A DNA stretch of 64,000 bases from Selaginella moellendorffii (taxonomy: Eukaryota; Plantae; Lycopodiophyta), in assembly GCF_000143415.4 (NCBI RefSeq), contig NW_003314265.1:1632446-1696445 (forward strand), in the 5' to 3' direction. Below are positions 35,910-48,400 of this stretch, piece by piece (positions within the stretch are counted from its first letter, which is position 1; every line of letters begins with the position of its first letter). The translations under genes and the position numbers were made by a program. The notes under the pieces are model-generated. The model had not been told where the DNA came from. It saw only the letters and a list, made by a program, of their open reading frames with translations, and did no database searches.

Positions 35910-38900
35910 ATGCATGCAGCTAGCAGGATGGTGAAACGGAACCGTGCTGATGACGCTGAAACCTCTAGACGGGCGAATCGAGAGGAGGAAACTCCTGCTA
36001 GAGATGCTGCGGAAGAGGCTGAGGCTGAGTCAGAAGAGGAAGAGCCGGTTGCTGCGGCGCTGCAGCGAACAGCTCAGGAAGTCGAGATCGAGAATTTGCG
36101 AAAGGAGATTCGCAAATTGAAGAAGGAGAATAAGAAGAGGAAGAAAGAGGCTGAGGCAGCTAAACCAGCTAAGCCTAAGCAACTGGACTCCTCTTTGAGT
36201 TCTAAGGATGATGAAGTTCTGCAGCCACCCCCGGTTGCACGAGTTTCAAAGTTCAAGCCCCCAAAACCACCCAATTTCAGAGGCATGCGGGACTATCAGG
36301 TTTTGGAAGACTGGGTCTACGATATGGAGAACTACTTCATAGCGGCAAACGTAGATGATCGTACGAAAGTTGCGTGCGCGCAATCCTTTCTCACCGATCA
36401 TGCCAAAACTTGGTGGCGCCAAGTGTGTGCTGAAAAAGGGCAGACTAGAAGTTGGACCAAGATGCGGTCTCGTATCCGTAAGGAATACTTGCCGGATGAT
36501 CTTGGTCTGAGACTTCGCGCGGAGCTGCGGCAGTTAAAGCAGCGAGGTGATCTCATGCATTACGTTAATGCGTTTGCTCAGAAGCACATTATGATTGCAA
36601 ATATGAGTGACGAAGATGCTCGGAGTTATTTTCTGGAGGGTTTAAGTTCACTTTCTCGCAATGAGATTTTGAAGTTTAAGCCGAAAACGTATCTGGAGTG
36701 TAAGGAGGCAGCGCAGCAAGTTGCCTTTAGTCACTCGCTCATGAAACAATATCAGCAACCGTATGCTGGTAACTCGGACAAGAATAGGAATTCTGGGAAT
36801 AAACAAGGTGATCGGAAACAGAGGGTGGAAAGTAGGTTCCGCCCTGGAGGCTCACAAGCAACGGTTAACAAAGGTGGTGGTGGTTGGAGACCACCAGCAG
36901 CTTCTTCTGGTCCTAGGCCCTCTGTTCCTCCTCCTGGTGGGTACAAGCAGCAGCAACCTGCAAAACCTACTCCTAGCGGAACGGGTAGTGTGGGTCATTG
37001 CTTCCATTGTGGAGAGTCAGGACATAGGTCCTCGGATTGTCCCAACAAGCATAAGACAAGGTCTCGAGTTAATGTCATGAGGGAAGACGGTGGTGATGAA
37101 GCTGAAGGGGTTGACGAGTTGGTCAATGCAGACTATGAGGAAGAAGAGGTGAGTAACTTTCGTTGCTTTCCTCAAGCTTTTCTTGCAGTCAATGCAAACA
37201 CTGATCCATTGATGTATCTGGTAGGCTTTGTCCGTGGACACCGAATCCGAGTGATGATTGACACGGGAGCTACGCACAGCGTGATATCCGAAGACTTAGT
37301 TAAGTTGTTAGGATTGAATGCTGAGCAAATGTCGCCTATGCACTTCCGGTTTGCGGAAGGTGGGCAAGTAGCCAGAAAGTTTGTGAGTGATGTTCCAATA
37401 AAGATATCCAAGTGGAAAGAAAGAGTGGACTTGGTAATGTTGAAGATACCAGATTTTCAGATGGTGTTTGGTATGGATTTCTTCAACAAGTATATAAAAG
37501 GGATTTATGGTGCTGGACAAAGTCGTATCACATTGAAGTCCGAAGGACAACCCGATGTGTCCTTCCAGTTGCAAAAGCGTTCCTCAAAGGATTGGGATGG
37601 AAAGTTCCTGACTGCGAGGGCCGCTCAAAAAGCAGCTAAGAGGGGATGTCGGACCTTTTGGGTTCAAGTGATGGAAGCGGAGAGTGTGGGTGACTCTGTT
37701 CGAATTGGCGACGGGGTTGATCCTGTACCAAAGAAGATATTGGAGTTGTTGGCGCAGAATCAAGATATCTTTCCGAAGGATTTGCCACCAGGGCTACCCC
37801 CTAGCCGTGAGGTTGATCATCGGATTGAGATTATTTCGGGTTCTAAACCACCTACGAAAGCTCCGTATCGGTTGAACATCAAAGAGATGGCTGAACTCAA
37901 GAAGCAACTCACGGAGCTTCTTGACAAAGGTCATATCCGACCCAGCAAGTCACCTTATGGAGCACCAATCCTTTTTGTTATGAAAAAGGATGGAACCATG
38001 AGGATGTGTATTGACTATCAGGCACTCAACAAGATCACGGTCAAGAACAGTTATCCTTTGCCTCGCATTGATGACTTGTTTGACCAACTCTTAAAGGCTA
38101 AGTATTTTACACGACTTGATTTGCGGTCCGGGTATCATCAGATACGGGTGGCGGATCAGGATGTGGAGAAGACAGCCTTTAAGACTCGGTACGGATCTTA
38201 TGAGTTCCTTGTCATGCCATTTTGGGTTATGCAATGCTTCGGCAACGTTCAGCACTATGATGGATAGAATATTCGGAGATTATTTGGACGCATTTGTTGT
38301 CCTATACATCGACGATGTTCTAGTCTTCAGCGAAACGTTGGAGGATCATTTGAAACACTTGGAGCTGGTGTTTCAAAAGTTGCGCGAACACAAACTGTAT
38401 GCTAAGGAAAGTAAATGTGCTTTTGGTCAATTGCGTGTAAACTTTCTCGGACATATAGTTGGTGGTGGCGTGATTGAAGTCGATCCAAAGAAAGTGGAAG
38501 CGGTGAAGTCTTGGGAAATCCCGACCACTGTATCAGATGTTCGTTCCTTTCTCGGTTTGGCGGGATACTATCGCAAGTTTGTCCGCAATTTTGCAAGGAT
38601 TGCTCTTCCGTTAACTGAGTTGACGAAGAGTAGTATTCCGTTTCATTGGACACCAGCTTGTCAGCGTGCTTTTGTACGGTTGAAGGAGATCTTGACTACG
38701 GTTCCTGTTCTTAGGATCCCAGATCTTGATAAACCCTTCAAAGTGCATTGTGATGCGTTTAGCTATGCTATTGGTGCCGTGTTGCAGCAAGATTGTGACA
38801 AAGCGGTTGGTGTTACGCTAAGGCGACATGGTTGTCCCGTTGCGTTCTATTCCAAGAAATTGGATGAAACCCAACGAAGATGGCCAACGCATGAGAAAGA

Positions 38901-40647
38901 GATGTTTGCTATAGTGTCGGCCCTGGAACACTGGAGACACTACTTGGGTGGACACACCAAGGTTTATACAGATAGTAACACACTAAGCTACTTTGCTATG
39001 CAGCCTAAGCTTACGCCGAAGCAGGCTCGTTGGCAAGAGAAGCTTGCTAGATATGATATTGAAATCATATATAAACCTGGTAAAGACAATATTGTTCCGG
39101 ATGCGTTGAGTCGTCAAGCTCAATTCCGGGCAATATCGGCAATCAGTTCAGACTGGTTGGAAGACGTTCGGGCTTCATATGGAAGTGATCCATTGGCAAA
39201 GGCAATCTTATGCCGTGCGGGGTTGTTGAAGCAGAGCCCTGGTAGCGAAGCAGCAAAAGTTGCTAGTCGCACTAATGCGAAACTTCACTTCTCAGTTCGG
39301 GATGGGCTTATATTCTATAAGCAAGAAAGATTGTATCTTCCCTCAAAGGATCTTCAGCAGTTATTTCTGCGGGAACATCATGATGTTCCGGCAGCGGGAC
39401 ATGGTGGACAGCGAAAGACTCTAGCTTCATTGAAAAAGGGATTTTTCTGGTCTGGTATGGAAGGCGATGTAGTGGACTACGTCCGTTCCTGCCCTATATG
39501 CCAGCAATGTAAGCGCAAAGCTGAGAAGCAAGTTGGAAAGTTGCAGTGCATTCCAGCACCGGTATGGCCATTTCAAAGTGTAACACTTGATTTCGTCACT
39601 TGCTTGCCGAAGTCTAAAGGTTATGATACTTTGATGGTGGTTGTGGATCGGTTGTCGAAGATTGCACACTTCATTCCAACTGTGGGAACAGTGAATGCGA
39701 AACAAGCAGCAAAGCTCTTTTTCCATGAAGTAGTGCGAGTTCGTGGTCTTCCCGAAGAGATGATCTCGGATAGGGATTCGAGATTTACGGGGAAGTTTTG
39801 GGGCAAATTATTCCAGTTGTTTGGTACCAAGTTAAAGTTTAGTACGGCTTATCATCCTCAAACTGATGGGCAGACTGAACGTGTGAATGCTCAAGTTGAG
39901 GATTATCTGCGGTACTATGTCGCGGCGGACCAACGCGACTGGGTTGAGCATTTGGATACAGCAGAAATTTGTTATAACAACACATTTCACAGCGCTATCG
40001 ACTGTTCTCCATGGGAGATGCTGCAAGGAAATGCTCGTGGGGTTCCTCAACAGATTGTTGTACCGAAACCAATGTCCGAGGTGTTGGTCCCAGCCGTTGA
40101 GACTTATGCGGAGAAGCTACGCCAAGGTTGGTCTAGAGCTACTGAGGCGATGGGCAAAGCTCAAGATAGGTATCGACATGATAAGGATCAACATCGTCGG
40201 GATGTATCCTATCAAGTGGGAGATCAGGTGTGGCTATCTTCCCGAAACTTGAACATTAAGGGTTCTCTATCTCGGAAGCTCTTGCTGAGATATGTTGGAC
40301 CCTATCGGGTGTTGCGGCGCATTGGTAATATATCCTATCAGTTGGATCTTCCTGTGGAGATGTCCAGTATTCATAATGTATTTCATGCCAATCTCTTGGC
40401 TCCATACACTATGGATGATGCACATCAAGCAGAGATTCGTCCCCCACCAGAAGTTGTGGATGGTGAACCTGAATATGAAGTGGAAGTTATTTTGGGTACA
40501 CGCTGGCTTAAGCATGCCAAACGTCGGGAGTATCTAGTTAAATGGAAAGGTTACCCATCTTGTGAATCAACTTGGGAGCCTCTTAGTAATCTTACACATG
40601 CTCGTGAGCTTGTCACGGAGTATCCTCACCATATAAGAAAGGTGTAA
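35910..40647 (+). mobile_element. Ty3/Gypsy chromovirus gag-pol (one frameshift at ~38220-38223)
   Basis: Gag, CCHC knuckle [14 protein letters not shown], protease IDTGAT, RT YIDD, RNase H (CDA..AIGAVL), integrase HHCC and DDE core, GPY motif, chromodomain (EYEVE..YLVKWKGY..STWEP). Confidence 0.97.
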
Positions 40648-41569
40648 TTTCTTGTTAAGAGTAAATTCTTAAGCATTTGATTGTAAGAATTCCAAAATTT
40701 CCTAGATTTTAGAGGTTTTGACATTTTTTTTAGCCCAACAACAAACTCAATATGTGTCGTTAATATGGGATGTGTATAATAGGCATGTATATATGGCTGA
40801 CCGTTCTCCAGCAACATAATTATGGCGGGTCAATGAAATATCACCACATGGCAGATGCAATATTATGTAGTATAGACCTTTTTACCATATCACACAGCAC
40901 CACCAGTTTACAAATAACACACCATATCACACAGCATTGGTCATGCCATCATCTGAGGCACATCTCACATCCACAAAGTGCGAGGTTCTGGAGTCCTTGC
41001 AAGTCGACACTGCTATTTTCGACAGCCTTTCTCCCGATCTACAGGTCGGATGTGTTCTCTGCATTCATCCTCCATGGTGACGAAAATTGCTGGCTGTGAA
41101 ACAATCTCTAATTCTGTGTGTTTTTACTGCCTAGGCACGAAGTAGCGAGTGTAAGTGGACATGGAAGAGTACTTCTTGTTCCTCTCTTTGAGCTTCTCTT
41201 GGCTCTAAAGGACGTGGATTTCCCTTGAGAGTACAGTTGCATCTGAACTATCTGCTGATTTTGAATGTTTTTAGCAGGGCAACGTGGATGCACACCCCTG
41301 TGGGGCGGACGATAATTTTTTTTTCTGAAGTCTTGGTAAAAACGGCTTGACGACAAAAGCAAGTTCGACGATCCTGCCTCGCTAGTCAGCTGGATCTTGA
41401 GACTTTCTAGACGCGGCTCGCGTGAATTCCGAGATCTAGCCTGAAGTATCCAAAAGCTTCAAGACACATCGAATTTTTGAACACTCTACGTCCTTGGAAG
41501 AGTCAAAACAGGCAGTTTCTTCCCGAGAATTTAAGGAGACCAAGACTTGTCGACTCACGGACAACAACA

Positions 41570-44349
41570 ATGGCTTCCCTTTCCGAGAATCAACTGAATG
41601 AATGGCACAAAGCTCAAGAAGTTGCGGTGTCTCTGGATGTGGTAGCAGCTGCAAAATCACAGTTGGAGTTTCTTTCGCTAGTACATGGCAACTTCAGACT
41701 GTTTGAGGGGCCTGTTTTAGGAAGGGCAATCGAGAGGTGAGATATTAATCACTTGCTTCATCTAGTTTTCTGATTTCTTCTTGGATTCTAGATACCAGTA
41801 CTGCTGCCTTCCGCTGCTAGCAAATTCTTCTGGAACTTTTGTCCCACCACTCGACTGCAATTGGATATGGCATTGCCATCGCTTGAATCCTGTAAGTGTA
41901 ACCATTCATTTTCTGTTTGCTGAAGTGACCTCTCTGACTAGGTTCAATATGCTGAGGACTGTAAGAGATTGTTCGGTAAGATTGTGGCCGGACCATCTTT
42001 GGCGAGACACGAAAGCGATCTCCAACAAAGCGCCAATACCTGGGCTTCGAATTTCCCGGACGAACCATACACTCTAGACATTTACGGTGGAGACCTGACA
42101 AGAAGATATACCGAAAGAGCAACCAATATCTCTTATGACTTGGCAGAAGCGGCTCTCAGGCAGAAAAGTTTCTACTATCAGGCAAGTGGTGATCTTTTCT
42201 TGAAAGCAAACTCACCTTTAAGTATGCAGGTTTCTGAGCCGCATTACCTGGATGAGAGCTTCTTGCTAGCTGCAGCTGCACGTTACAAGGCATTTCTCCA
42301 TCTCATACGCACGTCTGGCACATCAACGTTTTTCGTTCCCACTTACGACATCGATTTGATATGGCATACTCATCAGCTTCACACTGTGAGCTACCACAAC
42401 GATCTCACACAGGTACTGGGAAGGATCTTCGAGCATGACGACACAGATAGCAACCGAGGTTCCGGAGGGAAACTGGACAATGGATTCACAAAAACTCGAT
42501 CTATGTGGGAAGACACGTATGGCCTTCCATACGAGAAAGCAGGCTGCATGTATAGAGGGGAGCCACCAGTATCCATTCCTGGAACACCTGCTTATGATCC
42601 AACCAATCTCGCTAGGCTTGCTAGTAAAAACGACGATCACTTGGCTGAGCGAAAGACCATTCAGGTATTTGAATTTGCAGATTTGTTGTCAATCTCGCCT
42701 GATCTGATCGATTTCTGTAGGTTCATCTCTCCGTGCGAGGCACTAGAGGTTTGCCAGACGACAAGACCATCTCCTATGTGATCAGCTCGTTAAACCATCA
42801 AAAGTTTCTGAAGCTCGAAAGCCAACGACTGCAGGCTGCCTCTCAGCAGAACGTAGTGTCAGCCATGACGGCTGAACTCTCCACCGAAGGACTGGTGCTA
42901 GCAGTTCGACGGAGGCGGTTTTTGACATCCAGAACTGTGGGCCGGCTCGTGATTCCATGGATAAATGTCATCCGTTCGGAAACACAATCACTCGGCGGCT
43001 GGTTTCCATTGCAGGAGGACCGACAAGTGTCGGTGCTGGTTTACATCTCCGTTACTCCTCCAGTCGCTGCGCCTTATCTCTTTAGAAGCGTGAGAGTGAG
43101 AGACACGGGAGACGACTGTGCCACTCACGACAGTAACCGCGAAGGCATGTGGATAACAAGGAACGTTTTCGACCACGCCAGAGTCGAATCCTTCGTCGTG
43201 CGTTGCAGGTTTGTACGCTGTGGTCACGCCTTCCACTTTTTTCCAGAGCTGATGCGGTAACTTTTCTTGTAGATACAAGCGTGGAGGGTTTTGGCTAAGA
43301 AGCATTCCAGACACTGATAAAGTTGTGCACGTTCACAAAGGAGGGTGGACATACAAAGGTTCTTATAACACCGGCTCTGTAAACGGTAAAAAGCAACAAA
43401 TCTTTTAGATCGACAGAATGTTTTTTCTTTCTCAGGTGAAATTCTGGGATCTGCGTGGCAACTGGAGAAACCATCTTCAGAGTCTAGGAGATGGTCTCTG
43501 CAGAACGGGAAGGCTATTTTAACTGTGGACAGAAATGTGAAGGATAAGCACTGGAACATGAGACCACAGCTCCACGTTGAAATGAAATCCCACGACTGTC
43601 CAGTGAGTTAGTGAGATTATACAGTGATACAGATGGCTGATTCTCTGGAAAACTTGATTGTAGATCATGCTCTTCTCGGGTCGTCACCTGGAATTTGCTG
43701 TTCCTGGTGCATCAGACCGACAGGAAGCGTGGTTTGTGACAATGGTGAGATTCACAAGAGACGCGCCTCAAGGCAAGGCGACAGCTCTTTTCAACTGGCG
43801 GTCTGGAGGCATGCAGGTAAAGTTCGATCTATCTCATTCTAAGAAACCGTAAGTGAAAGCTTACTTCCAGATTGATCCCAACGAGGATGTGCTGCTTGTG
43901 TCTCTTTTGTCGGCAACCATAAGCATGTCCGTGTCCGATATGCTCGGCAAAGCCATTCCTTCGTGGAAGACGACGAGTAAACGAGTGATAGTCTCAGAAG
44001 AAGAACAAGATCATTGGGGTGAGAAACGAGTATTTTGCACCCAAATACTAAGAACATTGCTGCCTGACCAGGTGCTGTGACAATTGATCGCCGTTGCAGC
44101 AAGGTGATTGAAGGTGGTGGCGGAGAGGGCAGGGGAGAGGGCGGAGGTGACGGTGGTCATGGTTTTGGTGGTTCAGGGCAGTGCTGGTATGATGGAGGTG
44201 GTTCGTATTGTGGCGGAGGCGGGTGTGGCATCAGTGGAGGTGGGGGATGTGGTGGAGCAGGAGGTGAAGGAGGAGGTTGTGGAGGAGGTGGTGGCGGCGG
44301 TGGTGGGTGTGGAGGCGGTGGTGGCTGCGGTGGCGGCTGTGGGAGTTGA
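41570..44349 (+). CDS. Glycine-rich domain-containing protein (GRDP1/2-like, DUF1399), copy 1
   Basis: VPPLDCNWIWHCHRLNP, AAAARYKAFLHLI, VPTYDIDLIWHTHQL, HDDTDSNR, GKATALFNW, Gly/Cys tail; multi-exon; no disablement seen. Confidence 0.87.
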
Positions 44350-44518
44350 ATCACATTGTACAAAGAGATAAAAACAACTTTTAAATCCAAATTAGAGGAA
44401 CCTCGTTTAAGATGTGTGATCCTTTGTTAACCAAATAGAAATACAAAGAATTGGCCGCAGAGAGAACAAATGACTGTGAGTCTTCTTGGACGATTCCGAG
44501 AATAAATTTTTCTCTTCG

Positions 44519-45368
44519 TCACGAGCTGGAAGTATTTTCCTCGGCAGCACGCTTGACTTGTAATGCTGCTCGAACAACGTTGCCTCTCGTGATCAAACCG
44601 ACCTGGAAGTTTACCAAAGAATTCTCACAATCAAGCAAATCTAATTCTTCGTTACCAGTTTTCAAGACTCGTCCACAACAGGAAGCCTCTGGTACTTGGT
44701 GTCAAGCAATATCCTTGGATCCAAAGGAAAACCAAGAAGTTTTAGCGAAATTTCTATCGAGTATGGCAGAAACGTTTGAAGCTACCTGGCTGCATCTTAA
44801 ATGTTCATGTCCACTCGAACCACCAGCGGCAAGGGAGTCATCAAATCTCCCACAGTCTTGCCTTGCGTTTTGGTGGGAAGGTGTTGGATCTCTTTGAAGG
44901 CCTGAAAGAAAGAAAAAAGCTAACTCTAGAAAGTTTTGCTCACCTTCCATGTACTTCCTGCCTCGGGGAACAAACTGTTGGTCGATGGCCTCTTCCCTGA
45001 GATTGAGAAATTCATAAAAAAAAAAAACTTTGGAGCTCTGGCTTACCCGAGATAGAATCGAGAGCTAGTAAATCGTAGTCTGATACAACTCCAACCTGCG
45101 AGAGATTTGGCTTTCAGATCTATGAGCTTCAAGAAAGAGATGGCGGGACTGACCAGCTTTCTGTCCTTGTCTATAACTGGAAGCCCAGTAATGCGATTGT
45201 CCATGAGCAATTTCAAAGCTATAATTTTCGAAAGCCACAAAGTTTGTCTGGAAGAGAAGAAGAAAAGAAAACACTAACCATCATCCACTGTTGTTGAGAC
45301 CTGAACACAAAAGGGATCCTTCTTTGGCATTATGAAATTGCAAATTGTGTAATAATTGTGTTTCTTCT
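44519..45368 (-). pseudogene. CBSX-like CBS-domain gene, copy 1, lacking exon 1
   Basis: Paralog of 60257-61120; at ~45370 it jumps straight to the sequence found at ~61495, deleting the ATG/transit-peptide exon. Confidence 0.85.
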
Positions 45369-45439
45369 ACATGTGTATGGCGTGCCAAAAAGAGAAAGCC
45401 CTATGATGCAATCTTTGATCTTTCATTTTAATCTAGAGC

Positions 45440-48400
45440 ATATGCTAAGTAATTCCCTTATATTCAAAAAGATGGTTTTGAATGAAAGTTGATGTTTGAG
45501 GACTTTCAAGCTTATACAAAAAATTATGTTATACTAGCTATGTAACTTATTAAGTGGGATTAGAGGAATAAAAACTTTAGTAGAAAGTGTTGACTTCAAA
45601 AAGGTGGCCCATAGGGCAAAACATGGGAGATGATTATAAATTGATTTTGTCAAGTGAGAAGACTTAGAAGTTTGGAGGAACTATTTTATTAAGTTGTGGG
45701 GCATAATTATATTCCTAGATTATTCCTCATCTTCTTTGCATAAAACCCTTGCCCCAAAGGGGTATTTATGGAATTTGAGCAAGTGTTAGAGGAGCACACT
45801 TTCATTCCCCTAACAAATGGTGAACCTAGAATAATAAGCATAACTTTCAAAAGTGTCATTTTAAAGGTGTCATTTCTATCTTTTCCTTTTGGCCATAAAC
45901 TTTGAGGAGCAATTTTTTGTTTTTCTAACAGCAGATTTGCTTGATCTTAGGCACATTGGATAGGTCTAAAGCTCCTCTTTTTGGCAAGGTTGATTCTTGG
46001 ATTTAGGAGAATTTATGGCATGCAAAATGATTTTCTTCTTTTGCTAAATAAAGGCATTTGTAAATAAAGTAAGAATTCATGTTTTTCAGGGCTTTTTTTT
46101 GGATGCCATTTATTTTTTGAAGTGCTTCTAGTCCTTGGCTTTCTAAAAATATTAATAGTGCCTTTGAATCAATCTAGATTGATGATATGTAGATATTTTT
46201 CCATAATATTGGTGTTCTAGGCTATCTTTTCTTAAATCTCACGGGATATTAAGGTGTTTTCATCACAAATTTTTAGAATAGTATGGTAGATGGGGTTGAG
46301 CTCTTTCCAACAAGCCTACTTACAATCAGAATGGTGAAGGATCAAAACCAAGGTACTCATTTTCCAATTTTGAGCTAAACTTTAGTGAGGGTTTTCTAGG
46401 AAATAAGCAATCTTTCCTATATATGCCTTAAGGTGTGTCCTAGGATGTTAAAGGAGCTGCACTAAAGCAATTTTTACCAACCAGCCTATATCTCCTTCCA
46501 TTTTTAATCTTATTTCTCTTTATTACAGGCATTTTGGGCAACTTTGAGCAACTTGCGAACAAAACAAAGGATTTTAGGCCATTTATTATGGCCAAGGACT
46601 CTTCTTTTTGCAGTATAGACTAGGAATATGGCAAACTAGTGCCTTTTTACCATACCTCAAAGCCCTAAGGTACGGAATAAAGTTTCTAGCATCTAGAGGC
46701 AACTTAGGTACAATATAACACCTTCTCAAGTTGAGTTTTCTTCATCCTTAGCAGATTCTAGCAACTTAGATCTACGAGCTATAGCACAGCCATATTTAGC
46801 TCAACCTCAGCTCCATGTTTTGCAAAAGAGGAGTGATCTATTAACCTTCTCAGGTGTTGGAATAGTTTCTCTGGCATCACATATCAATTGCTTTAAGTAC
46901 TACTACACCACAAACATAATTGTTGATAATGATTGTATATGCCACAACTTCTTGCAATCTTATGAAGGCAAATCAGCAGCTTGGGTAGATTCTCTTCTCC
47001 TAGAGGACCAGATGGACTTCCAGACACTACTTGCTTTATTCACGGAACATTTTATCAAAGAAAAACCCACAAATTGGCTACTTATCGATCTCTTTTTATT
47101 CCAATAAGGTGCTCATGAGTTTGTCCCTGACTACATCACTAGGTTTCAAGTGTACTAAAGGATCATAGAGTGGTCCAAGATAAGCAGCAGGAGATCATAG
47201 CATTCATAGTAGGTTTGTGTGAGAACTTATAGTGGAAGCTTCTCAAAAAGACATTCAGGTCTTGCTATGAGGCATTTTCATTTGCCACAAAGCTGAAAAA
47301 AAAATTACTTGTCAACTTCAGGATTGTTAGAGTTGATTTTAACCTAGTCATCACCCCATCAAAGACGCCTTGTGCAACTATTCGCCCATCACCACTAAAC
47401 CCATCACTGTTGAATACACACCTTCAACTATTGAGAACTTTGCCAACATGATGCAATAGTTGAAGGTGATCATTCTTCAGCAATAGTCACACCATGACAA
47501 ATTGCTCCAAGAGCTTATGAAGTTTAGAAAAGAGGCTGCTACAGCTCAGGAATGCTGATTCAAGTCCTATTAGTGTACTCACTACGAGACAAACACACAT
47601 AACATATAGTGCTACTTCAAACTTCACCTAGTGCTTCAACCTCCACCTTCTCAAAGTGTTCAACAATATCCCTTCATTGACAACTCCACACCATCTCATG
47701 GTCTAAAGACATATTAAAGGTGGTTGGAACAATGAGTGATCAAGGCAGCCCCTTCATCAAACAAAGGCAAAGCACCAACCTCATCGGTTAACACAATGTT
47801 TGTAGCTGAGGAACTCTATAGATAGAAATACCAAACCACAACCACTCAAGCCCAAACTGTCGCGAATGTGACTTCGGGTATCGAAAGTTACCTGTCGACT
47901 AGTCCTTACGGACACTCTTACCTTACTGCCACGAGGGCAGGAGGTTGGTATTGCTGAGCCCGTTTATGGTCTCTGCCCAAACTAGTTGAGAAACTGGTCA
48001 GCACATGTGCACTTAGACCGGAAGGGCACTAAGGAAGGAAATCCTAAGTTGTCATTAAGTCAAGAATATTTGACATGGTGATGAGAAACTCATGATGTTG
48101 ACTTGCACTTGCTAGTGTTGGGAACCCCTGCAATATTGAGATTAGTCCCTCAATATTCGCTAGGTGATAGCTTACTGTGTCTGCCAAACACCCTCGCTAT
48201 CATGCCCTTTATGTTAGTCTTATTTCAGTCCCAAATGCTATTTATAGAAAGTGTTTAGATTCGCTCATTTGGCATATCTATAGAATGTAGAGATCGGCTT
48301 GAACACAATGGTGTTCGTCCCGTGTCCAAATTCGCAATCTAGCACCATTCCATATTTAATAAGTTTCAGACTTGTTCCAGAGACTAACTCCTAGTACTAA

